Of a DNA stretch of 64,000 bases, positions 36,191 to 47,681 are shown in pieces. Location of the stretch: positions 186,001 to 250,000 of the forward strand of contig NIVC01001367.1 of the NCBI GenBank assembly GCA_002269645.1, in the 5' to 3' direction. A model generated the notes under the pieces. That model worked only from the letters and a program-made list of their open reading frames with translations, had not been told where the DNA came from and ran no database searches. Source of the DNA: Macrostomum lignano. Its lineage: Eukaryota. Numbering within the stretch: the first letter of the stretch is position 1; the number at the start of each line of letters is the position of its first letter. Position numbers and translations under genes: made by a program.

Positions 36191-36838
36191 TAAAACAGTT
36201 TTTTTTGCTTTTGAATTTGTTGTGTTCATAAAAAATCAACTAATCAAGTCCAATTGTAAAGGCTTAGTTTCAACAGAATTAATGACTTGAAAACTATTTT
36301 TATTGAAACCGGTTCAAATAGGCAAATAGTGAATCTGTGTTCAGCTTACAATACCATTCCAAAGCCTAAATTTCCCAATCTAGTGCTCCAAGCACTAGAA
36401 TCCTCCAAGCTCCAAGCACTGTAGCTCCTGCGCCAGACTGTGAACATGCTATAAGGAACTATGAATATTTTCTAAAAATAGCTTTAGCTGCTGGCTCTCC
36501 CATGGAAAACCCGTCTGTAGTGTACAGCTTTTTAGGCTATTCCAAGGCAATGCCGTGGAATATACTGGGCACTGCCATGGGGTTTCCACACCGTCCAACT
36601 TCTAAATTTGTTTCAAAACCTATCTGCTCTTTCAGGCTGAACGAGAACTGAGCAGTCTACTGCTTCGTGCATTTGAGGAAGAGACTGGCATCTCTTTGCT
36701 CGTATCCTTTTGCAAGCGATTTGCCAGGAGCCATATTATCAGGTATGCAGGAAAAAAGTGAAAAATACGTATCGAAAAAATACTTTTGCTTTTAGTAGAT
36801 ATGAACATTGATTCTCATATTATTTTATGCTTCATCAG

Positions 36839-38902
36839 ATGCCTGTGTTAGAGATTCTGACTCAGCCGGTTGAGCACCACCGTCCCCGCTACGAGTCGGA
36901 GATCTCAACCAACAAGATTGGCGGCCTGCTGCTCGGCCGCGGCTCAACGGGAAAGGACAACAGAGCCTTCATCAAGCTGAAGATCAGTGGAATCGACCCA
37001 GCAGTGCACCGCGAGCTGCAGTTGTTTGTGTGCGTGGCCAGTCAGAATGGAGAGCTGCATCCGTACTACCTGCACGGAGACGGCTGTAGAGATGGCTGCT
37101 TTTTCTGGGTGAAGCAAGTCGACTATCGGACCCCGAGTGAAATTGAAATAAAGTAATGCTCAAATTTTTAGAGCTTCTGTTAAAATATGTTTGCCAACTT
37201 TTAAGACAAGAGTAGCATAGAAGCTCGGGCGTATTGATCACGCCGCACTCGGATTTCAGGTTTTTCGGCACAGATTCAACGATAACGTCGCAGACAAGAT
37301 CGAGAAGTTAAACTCTTTAAGCGCAGCAGTTACTGTACCAGTGGGAGAGGCCACTAGAATTTAAAGGTACCGCAGATTCATTGCAGAACAGAAGGAAACG
37401 TTCATGATAGAGATGCTCGTTGTATTGCTTCCAGCTGCTCCCTATAGTTTCAGGAGAATCTGTCCTGTCATAGTTTTTAGGACACTTCATGGCTATGCTT
37501 TGCACGTTTACAATTTTATGGCTGTGCCCTGCGCTTATTCTATAACTGCTGCAAGGCTATTGCGCAAGTATAGCAAAAAGATGACTGACGCACTGGAACC
37601 GTCCGATCTTTCAGGTTCGAAAGGCTGGCTGTTATCCGTTGCAAGACGTCGTCTGATGCCATTCAGGAGGCACTGAAAAAGCGCGAGGAACAGGTTCAGG
37701 GCTATTTTTCCCCAACGGTGAGTTTTTATTAATTGGATAATATCTTCGTCCGGTACTTTACCTTGAATTCTCGAACTTGAATTGCTCATCCAGGTCTGAA
37801 CCAGCCGGCTCAGAAGTACAACGGCAGAAATTTGGGCTCGATTCGTCTGGTTTTCCAGCTCAGCTTCTCTGACAATGGCACTGGCTACTGCCACTACCTG
37901 CAGCCAATATTCAGTGATGTGATCGCCGATATCAGTACGTACGTTTTCATCTCTAAAATTTCTTCAGTTTCTTTTCACACTCTTTAGTAGCAGTTGGATC
38001 ATTTTCATTGGCTAGTTTTGGGCAGAAAGTCCAAACAAATAGTACGAATTATTTTGTTCTTTTGAGCCTCCGTTTCTCATTCTCTTGCTTGAGTTTCTGC
38101 TTCATCGAGCCCTACCGAGAGCTTTCTGGACAGTTTCAAGAAAATAATGAATTAGCCGTCACTACTGTAGTACTGTACTACTCATAGCTTCTATCAAGAG
38201 TTGACGTCAGTAACTCATTTTTAAATTCTCCAGAAGAAGTCAGGGTCATTTGCCCGGAGTCATTGAATCCTCCCGAAGTTGCGCCAAATGGAGGCGAAAT
38301 CGCCATCTATTGCACAAATTGTAAGGGCGCAGCTTTTGTTATTAGAGATACGAATTTGTTGATTGAATCGTGCTTTCTAAAGACGAGCCAAACATTTATA
38401 AATTGTTTCAGCACAAATGCCTATTAAAGAGGAAATTCGAGTGGTATTCGAGCTCAGTGTTGAGAGCAGTGAGACAACTGTGCGCGTTTCTGGCTGTGTC
38501 AAAAAAGTGATGAAGGTAAAACCTGTCTGCAGTTTATACTGACAGACAATAGAGGCTTTTGATGCGCCAGGTAACTTGACAAAAATCTGCGTACCTTGCA
38601 GCACCTCATCATCGTCACTGTGCCAGGCGTTCAGATGTACGTGAATACCGAGCGGACGAAGGCCAAAGTGCTCGTCGAACAGAACTTGGCCAAAACCGAG
38701 GACTCAACAAATTCGGCGCTTACTATCGCGTTCCTTCCTGGAGGCTGGAGCACAGGTTGTAAGCAACTCGCAGTTTCGAAATTTTGACTTTTTGATCCAA
38801 ATGAGCTCCAATGACGGAAAATAAATCTTCTGCTTCAATTAACAGGCCAGGACAGCTCGGAAGCGACCCGCTACTGCCTCGCTTGTGCAGGAAAAGACTT
38901 GA
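36839..38902 (+). CDS. Rel homology domain protein 1 (RHD + IPT + basic motif), ~316 aa, 7 coding exons: 36839-37152, 37615-37716, 37794-37934, 38234-38320, 38412-38515, 38602-38758, 38856-38902; apparent +1 frameshift near 37705-37712
   Basis: LEILTQPVEHHRPRYESE, LHPYYLHGDGCRDG, FERLAVIRCK, NLGSIRLVFQ..LQPIFSDVIAD, GGEIAIYC, KEEIRVVFE, HLIIVTVP, then RKRP. A non-coding exon lies at 36636-36742. The last-exon acceptor is ambiguous (38846 versus 38856). Confidence 0.8.
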
Positions 38903-39466
38903 CCTTCATGCCCCTGGCCGCGAATTGAATGCGAGCGCGAATCACTCGAAGTTCACGTCGGTGGCAGTCTGCGTTTTTTCAGCAGACAGCAATTTTCGAG
39001 TCAGGAGACTCAGACTTTCGGATTACATTCCAAAGGATCTTCTTTGTGCTAATGGAATTTATTTCCTGAGATGACTTAAAGAAACACAGCAACACTTACT
39101 CATAAAAATCTTATAGATATGGATCTTACTGGTAAATCTAAAAGAAATTGAGTAGAGAAGAGCAGAAATTTTTCTTTTATTTAGGCTCAATGAAATTTAC
39201 TTTTTTAAATTAATATATAAGTTATAAAAAAGGAATATTTTTCATTTTTTGTCTATTTTTTATTTTTATAACAACAGCAGGCAAAGGACACATTTGTTCC
39301 TCTCTGTATCCATAGTTTAAATTTAGCCTTTATCCATAGTGTCCTATCACACTGCATAGAGACATCCTAGAACAATTTAACGAGGATAGACACAGATTAT
39401 TGCCAGAACATGGTAAATGTAATCAAATGTGTTCTGTACCTGTGTAAATGTGTTTCAGCAACTCAA

Positions 39467-41574
39467 ATGTCCGAAGCGACTCCCAAGCTGTCTCTGTCCA
39501 TCGCTCATCAGCCGACGAAAATCCATCGATTTCGCTACCTGAAGGAGGTCAGCGATGGCCGCATGGGCAGTGTTCTGCGCAGCCGCGCTCCTGGAGGCAA
39601 GACTCCTGTTGCAGTGACTGCGACTGTCCAATCTGTGAGCCCCGGCTGCAAGCTGAAGCTGGTCGGCTGCACCGTATTCGAGGACCTGATGACGCACCCG
39701 TTCTACCTGACTGGGGACGACTGTCGGAACGGCGTGTTCGAGAAGGAGCTGAGCAGCGAATCCGGGCCATCCGAGCAGGAAGTGAGGTGAGTCTCAGTCT
39801 TTATCGCAGTCTAGTTTATCTGAGGAGTGTTCACTTTTTCCTTCTCGGAAGAAGTCGAGCATGGGTCAGTTTTAGAAGTGTGGAGAGGCAAGACTTTTTG
39901 CGAATTCCGTTCTCCTGTTGCGGACCCTGTATTTCTGGGCTTATGCTGGCCCACACAGCATAAAAAGTGAGCTAAAAGTGCAAGTATGACCATAAAGACA
40001 TTAGGAAACAAAGTATTAGAAAGAGATGAAGGATCTCCTGTTGCACCTACTACCTGATTGATGCATTCTGCTTCTACTCAGGCTGGAGAAGGTCGGCATC
40101 GTGTGCACTCCGAAAAAGCAGAGGAAGTCGAAAGGCAAGCCGAGCAGAGCCTCTGAGAATGGAGTTCCAGCACATATCGGCATGCAGAATGGAACCGCAC
40201 AAGAAGATAACTTTTACATGGAAAGAATTCAAAAGTACAACTTTTTTGGAAGTAAGTCGTGATTTAATAGACCTTCAAAACGCTGAATTTGTCTTTTCAA
40301 GAAGGCAAGCTTTCATTCATCCGCAGAGCCACCAAGGCAGAATCCATTCCAAGGCAAAGACATCAACAAACTCAGACTGGCCTTCCAAGTGTTTTATCAG
40401 CTGCCGGGCTTAAGCGACTGGCTCGCTGCGGACTGCAGACCTGTGTACACCGAAGTCATTGGAGATGCCAGTGAGTGAACTTTCCCTTTAACTTTGCGTT
40501 AGGTATTTGCAATCAGGTAGATGACCTGAGAGACTGTTTGACTTAGAACAAGAGCTTTTTCTTTTCAGAGATCTTCTCCAAAACGGAAATCGAGTTAATC
40601 ATTCCGGACTCGGTGTCGCGTCCCGACCAGGACGTGTGGCTTTACACGAAGGACGATCTGCCAGGTATGCAGCTTTTATTTTGAGTACCAAATTGTGCTT
40701 TTTTGAATGCCTGAATGCAAATAAATCTGATCACAATTGCAGTTCAGACCGTTTCCGAATTAACTGTGCGGCTGGAGCATGAATCAGAGCCGTTTATGAT
40801 TATTGAGCTGCAACCGAAGGAGTTGAAGAAGGTAAAGTCTCAGAGTTCATGTGTAAACTGATGCAGAAATGCGTTGTAAAGGACTGAGAATTGAGGAAGT
40901 CTATTGCGTTTGTTGGAACCGATGCACGTGTTTAATGACGCAATCTCAGTCAGGACTGAGTGAGCAGTATAGTTACCTATTTAATTTGTACTGTACATGA
41001 CGGTGGAACACATGCATGGGTTGTACGATTGCAGCCTCTGAAATCACTGGTTGTACTCGTAATCAAAATTAAGTTCTTTAATCATGCAATTCCGATAGCC
41101 TTTTGTCCCGGTTATGTTTTTCAGAAGCTGCTGAAGATTAGTAGTACTGAGAAAACCTTCGTCAGTTTGTCAGTTCGTGCGTTCATGTCTCTAAAGCGTG
41201 TTCCTAATTCCTTTACAGCACCTGGTAGTGTTCAACTTCGAGCAGCCGATCTTGACAAACGCTGTTTCCGGCTCATTTTCTGTGACTCTCGTGGACAAGA
41301 AGAATGATGACTCGAGCGAGCCGGTGAAACTGGAGCTGATTAATGATCCGTCAGGTAAACCGTTTGGTTACTAAATTTAATGCTGTAAATCCTTTAACAA
41401 TACTTTTATTATCCATGATGATTTTCAGGCTCAGGCCCTGCAAATAAGAAGATCAGGCGTGATGAGAAGCCAACTGTTTCTCAAGATCCCATGGATGAGC
41501 TTCTTGGCACTTTTCTGGATGGTAATGGAGACCTGCAGGAGCTGCCGGAGCTTTACGTGGAGCCTCGTGCTTAG
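39467..41574 (+). CDS. Rel homology domain protein 2 (RHD + IPT + NLS-like motif + acidic tail), 366 aa, 7 exons: 39467-39786, 40082-40251, 40327-40470, 40569-40664, 40743-40831, 41219-41354, 41429-41574
   Basis: Open 1101-nt CDS with phases 2,1,1,1,0,1. Motifs: IAHQPTKIHRFRYLKE, THPFYLTGDDCRNGVFEKEL (cf. RelA [20 protein letters not shown]), LEKVGIVCTPKK, DINKLRLAFQVF..PVYTEVIGD, HLVVFNF, NDDSSEP, NKKIRR, DPMDELLGTFLD. Confidence 0.88.
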
Positions 41575-44171
41575 AACTGACCGAATCATAAAGACCAAGA
41601 GTTGAGTGAAAAAAAGACTAAGGCTTTCCAACTTTTGTTTTACTCAGCATCAATGCTCTAATTTGAATTTTCCGCTGTCAGCATCGGCTGTTGGCTTTGA
41701 GTTTTTCGAGTCTGAAATTTTAACATTAACTCAGTCGCCTCAAGTTGGCTGTGCAATGCGACGCGGCGTTCTACTTGTTGAATATGTTGGTTCGCTTGTA
41801 CAAGTGCACATGCTGAGCTCGTAATTTTTCAGGAGGAATTCTTCCCTTTGTTTAATTTAATTTTTCTATCATCTGCAACAGCTAATCACTTTTTGGAAAT
41901 GCAGAGCCATAATGCCACTTTCTTCGGAACGCGTACAAGGACACTGATAATGCCAGCATTCTTCATTTAAGTTCTTAATATTGAGAGCGTACTATCTTGA
42001 AATGTCGTTGTTTGCAACTGTTTATTTATTTAATTTTTTAAAAGCTGAAGTATAGTCTCACTATTCCCAGAGCAAATTGCTTCGCTTTTGAATGCACACG
42101 CTGAGAGTACTCGCACAAGTAATGTACGCTAATAGCTCCATGTTCTGACGGCTTTTCCATGGTTTTTCCACTTCATTTTGTTCTCTCTATGTCTGTGTAC
42201 GTATAGTTTTGCGTGCATACACTGTACTCTCATTGTACAGCCTACTCTGTCGTTTGCGGAGTTCCTTATTTTCCTTTTAAAAGCGGCCAGACTGCTGCTG
42301 CATTATTGCAGTTTTGTCGCTGTTTTCGTCAAAAAAGTACTGCTTCGAAAGTAAGTGTTTTTTTTAACGATTTTGTCTTTAAATTAAAATTGAAACCTAA
42401 TTTCTTCCAGCTTGATCATTCACTCTATGTATTATTAGTGTTGGGCAAATTTTTTAAACGTAAAAAAATTCAAGCAGTGCTAATACATATGATTCGGCGT
42501 CTGAGAAATGTTCTCATTCCCAATTTTTCACGACTCACAATTACCCCCAACTTCACAATCACAAAAATTTGCATCCCCATATTGCATATGTTCGATTTTT
42601 CATAAATTGCTTCTTCCATAACTTTTGAATTGCTTGGTTGCGTGGTTAAAGTTGTGTCTGTGAGCAAATTAAATTGCCTGCTTTTCAAGCTTTTAATGAA
42701 ACTTTTATGTCTCTTCATGGAGTTAGTGGGCTTTGAAGTGTTTTGTTGGCCTTTCTGCCAAGCGTTGGCCGGAGACAGCGTTCATCTACATTTTTTAATT
42801 TTTTAGCTCAATATAGCTAGCCTCCAAATTAGTTTTCAGAAACTGGCACACGCTTACTGTATCACCGTTAAGTTAAAGGGCAAAAATAAAACTGCTAGCT
42901 CACAGTTGGTGCGCATAAAGTGCAACGGTTTTCAGGACACTCGCTATATCCATAAATCGTTTGCTGATTTTCAGAGGGAAGCGAAACACCTCAAAATGTA
43001 TATTCTTCATATTTCAGTCCCAAATACTATCCCAAATTGAGGTTGTGAAAGCGTGTGCACAATGTGAAGATTGAGACTCTTGTATAGATTAGGGATTGGG
43101 AAAAACTTGGGAGAGAGTTAAATAAAGGGTTGTGAAATATGAGGATTGTGGAGTTTAAAGTTGATGAAATATGGCGACTGCCAAGTTTAGTGCATACATA
43201 TTTCAAGCACGCACCGAATATGCCGCAGTGATTGATGCGTCCTGTGTGTATCCTGCGATGAATAAGACGCTTCACTTGTATGAGTAGCTAACCCAGAAAT
43301 CTCAGGTTATTTGGGGCTACAGGCTTCATCAAAGAACTGTCCTTTTTGATTTGCAGTGAACTGAAGGAGTCTCTTGGGTAGCAATGCTGGCAACTCTCGA
43401 ATAAATTAACTTCTAAGGGTCGATTTTGCACTGATGCACGGATGAGAATACATTTTCTGAAGAATATTTTGACTGCTCATTAAGCAAGCGATTAAGCAAC
43501 AAATAAAGCATTATCAAGTTACGAGTAGATTATCAAGTAAGCAGTATCGGTGGAACATCTGTATGGAATTAAAAAGCTGCTGTGGAGCAAAGCGTACATG
43601 TACTGGGTCACAGCTCGTGCGGCATTTCTGTGTCCAAGATGACTGCCAATCTACAGTGGGGTTACAAGGCTGGATTAAAATAAGGCATTAACAACAAGGC
43701 GTATCCCGGCTCATAATGGTTTAAGTTGTAAGAAGCGTTTAGAGGGACGTAATAATCGAACGTGTGCGCATAGTGCAGCCATTTTTCTGAGCAAAAAATG
43801 ACTTTTGAGGTTCCGCATGCGCTATTGTGACTTATAGTTTCGAAAACTTTATTGACTGAAACTGCTGACCTGTTCATTCACAAATTATGGTTTGCGAACA
43901 AAGCTTTGAGCGGCAATAAAAACCTGTTGATTCCGGAGAGTTCTTCTGATCACTCTACGTCTCTCCTCACTCTTCTTGGTCCAGCTCCCCGGTTCTCCTA
44001 CTCGTAGCTTTGTTTTCTCTTCTAAAATAGAATGTTTAGCAAACAATGAAAACTAAGAGGTTTAAATTCTGAGATTGTAATCGCTTTGAGTATCTAATAA
44101 GTTGCTCATTCTGAACCAACTGATTGCACTGCTCTTGCAGAACTGTATAGTTTCTAATTTTTAATCTGCTA

Positions 44172-44400
44172 TGGGTTGTGGCATAGTGGTCAGTTCGAGC
44201 GTCAGACTCACGACCGAGCTGTCGAGGGTTTGATTGAGACCCACTCAAAACAGTTTGTGTTTTTGAGCAAGACCACTTAACTCTGCATTGCTTCGGTGCA
44301 CCCAGCAATAAAATGTTTGCTAGAATTAGCCGGGGTTATTAAGGATGTGTGTGGCGACCCTCCTGACAGCTGCACAACAACTGCTTCCCCACGCCTTGCC
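44172..44400 (+). mobile_element. tRNA-derived SINE
   Basis: A box TGGCATAGTGG (44179-44189) and decayed B box GGTTTGATT (44227-44235), followed by TGTGTTTTTGAGCAAGACCACTTAACTCT..CACCCAG, which resembles conserved CORE/Meta-type SINE central domains. The 3' end is approximate. Confidence 0.7.
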
Positions 44401-44423
44401 ATATTTTTATCCAGCAAACGCAA

Positions 44424-46456
44424 ATGTCTGAACCGGCTCCCAAGCTGTCTCTGTCCATCGCTGATCAGCATCAGCCGACGAAAATCCATCGATTTCGCTA
44501 CCTGAGGGAGGTCAGCGATGGCCGCATGGGCAGTGTTCTCTGCGCAGCCGCGCTCCTGGAGGCAGGCATCCAGTTGAGGTGACTGCGACTGTCCAATCTG
44601 TGAGCCCGACTGCAAGCTGAAGCTGGTCGGCTGCACCGTATTCGAGGACCTGATGACGCACCCGTTCTACCTGACTGGGGACGACTGTCGGAACGGCGTG
44701 TTCGAGAAGGAGCTGAGCAGCGAATCCGGGCCATCCGAGCAGGAAGTGAAGTGAGTCTCAGTCTTTATCGCAGTCTAGTTTATCTGAGGAGTGTCCACTT
44801 TTTCCTTCTGGAAGAAGTCGAGCATGGGTCAGTTTTAGAAGTGTGGAGAGGCAAGACTTTTTGCGAATTCCGTTCTCCTGTTTCGGGCTCTGGGCTTATG
44901 CTGGCCCACACAGCATAAAAAGTGAGCTAAAAGTGCAAGTATGAACATAAAGACATTAGGAAACAAAGTATTAGAAAGAGCTGAAGGATCTCCTGTTGCA
45001 CATACTACCTGATCGATGCATTCTGCTTCTACTCAGGCTGGAGAAGGTCGGCATCGTGTGCACTCCGAAAAAGCAGAGGAAGTCGAAAGGCAAGCCGAGC
45101 GGAGCCTCTGAGAATGGATTTCCAGCGTATATCGGCCTTCAGAATGGAACCGCACAAGAAGATAACTTTTACATGGAAAGAATTCAAAAGTACAACTTTT
45201 TTAAAAGTAAGTCATGATTTGATAGACCTTCAAAACGCTGAATCCGTCTTTTCAAGAAGGTAAGCTCTCATTCATCCGCAGAGGATCCAAGGGAGAGGCC
45301 ATTCCTAGGCAAAGACATCAACAAACTCAGACTGGCCTTCCAAGTGTTTTATCAGCTGCCGGGCTCAAGTGACTGGCTCGCTGCGGACTGCAGACCTGTG
45401 TACACCGAAGTCATTGGAGATGCCAGTGAGTGAACTTTCCCTTTAACTTTGCGTTAGGTATTTGCAATCAGGTAGATGACCTGAGAGACTGCTTGACTTA
45501 GAACAAGAGCTATTTCATTCCAGAGATCTCTCTAAAATGGAAATCGAGTTAATCATTCCGGACTCGGTGTCGCGTCCCGACCAGGACGTGTGGCTTTACA
45601 CGAAGGACGATCTGCCAGGTATGCAGCTTTTATTTGGATTACCAAATTGTGCATTTTTGAATTCCTGAATGCAAATAAATCAGATCACAATTGCAGCTGA
45701 AAAAGTTTCCGAATTAACTGTGCGGCTGGAGCAGAAATCAGAGCCTTTTTTGATTATCGAGCTGCAGCCAAAGGAGTTGAAGAAGGTAAAGTCTCAGAGT
45801 TCATGTGTAAACTGATGCAGAAATACACTGCATAATTACGCAATCTCAGTCAGGGCTGAGTGATCAGCATAGTTACCTATTCAAAAGCACTGTAATAGAA
45901 GGTGGAACAGAAGCACGAGCTGTACGTTAGCAACCCCTCAAATCACTGCTTGCAATCCAACTTAAAGGTCTTCAATCATGCAATTGCGATAACCTTTTAT
46001 CCCAGGTATGTTTTCAGAGGCAACGGAAGCTTATTTAATGTCGATCAGAAAAATTTTGGTCATCTTGTCAGTTCGTGCGTTCATGCCTCTAAATGTTCCT
46101 AATGCCTTTACAGCACCTGGTAGTGTTCAACTTCGAGCAGCTGACCTTGACAAACGTTGTTTCCGGCTCATTTTCTGTGACCCTCATTGACAAGAGGAAT
46201 GATGACTCGAGCGAGCCGGTGAAACTGGAGCTGATCAATTTGTCAAACGATCCGTCAGGTAACCGTTTTGTTACTAAATTTAATGGCGCAAATCCTTACG
46301 CATTATTTTTATTTTCCATGATGATTTTCAGTCTCTGACCCTGCAACTAAGAAGTCCAGGCGTGATGATCCCATGGAGGAGGTCCTTCGCACTTTTGTGG
46401 ATGATAATGGGTACCTGCAGGTTCTGTCAGAGCTTTACGTGGAGCCTCGTGCTTAG
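44424..46456 (+). pseudogene. Rel homology domain protein 3, a recent duplicate of RHD2 with a +2 frameshift in exon 1 (pseudogene or assembly error); later exons 45037-45206, 45282-45425, 45524/45526-45618, 45697-45785, 46114-46258, 46332-46456
   Basis: Exons and introns align with RHD2. An extra CT near 44538-44541 gives a premature TGA. Exon 4 has a 1-nt deletion that is compensated only if the AG at 45524-45525 is the acceptor. Other indels are in frame and the terminal YVEPRA* is kept. Confidence 0.75.
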
Positions 46457-47681
46457 AACTGACCAAGGGTTTGGAATTGAGTGGAAAATACTTTCATATT
46501 TCATTTTTATCACACTCTTGCTCTAATTTAACTCTAATTTAATTTTTCTGCTTTCACGGTTGGCCGTTCGTTCTGAATTTTCTGAGCCTCAAGTTGGCTT
46601 TGCAATGCGACGTTGCGTTCTACTTGTTGAAGATTTTGGTTCGCTGGTACAAGTAAAAATAAAAGCTTTATATATTCCTATGAGAAACCCTTATTCCCTC
46701 TGTTTAGTTTCATCAGCAACAGCTAATCCCATTTTGAAAATGTAAAGCCATACATAATTCCACCTGCTTTGGAACGCGACAAAGCACACTGATAAACTTA
46801 CATTTTTAAGGTCCTCATTACGAGCATACTGAATTGAAATTCAAAGCGTCAAATATCGTCGTATGTATCCAAAAGAGGTGAAGAAGGTACGCTCGTAGTC
46901 TCCAAGTTTGTCTGGGGTTATCGGATATACCGGGGCATGTATACTTTTGATAAATTTGTGCCTTTTCGTGCCCCAACAAGGTGATGCTCTCTACTTGAAT
47001 CACAGCTACTCTTTGGCTTCCGCTGCTAGGACTGGACCTCAAGGACCTCAAATAACCTTGTATTTGCTCGTACAGTAACATAATTAATACAGTTTTAATG
47101 CATATGAGTACAATTAACCTACTAGAATAGATAGCTCCCGATTCAACGGTTTTTCCGCGGATTTTCCAGTTCTTCTGAACACGTTTTCAAAAAGTAAATT
47201 GCTCTCTGCATTGAGGGAAATTGTCTTCAATGTTCACTTTTAATATCCAGAAACCTTATCGGTGCACTCCACGCAATGTTTTTATCAATTTATTAATCTT
47301 GGATGTATTCTCAAATAAAAGGATTTTTTTCAAAACAAGAAGTGTTTGAAAAATGATTTCAAACAACTCAGACATTTGTCTGAAGCTCCACTCCGAGTGC
47401 ACAAAGTGAATCGAACGTTTTTTTGACGAACTACACCTGTGTATTGTGCGATTATTGTTATCAAAATAATTGGTCGTTAAGTTAGTTCATTTGCTAACCA
47501 TTAGAATCGGTAGGAATATATTACAAAAGTTATTGGGAGAAATTAAGTTCATAATGTTTTAGTACACACTGAAATTTATTAGCAGATCAGAAGTCTGGAT
47601 CTGTTGAATCTGTTGGCTCCTGAGCCAAGCAAAGTTGGAGTGCAGCAGCCGGTCCGGTCACCGCCTGCTGCGCACTGCAGC

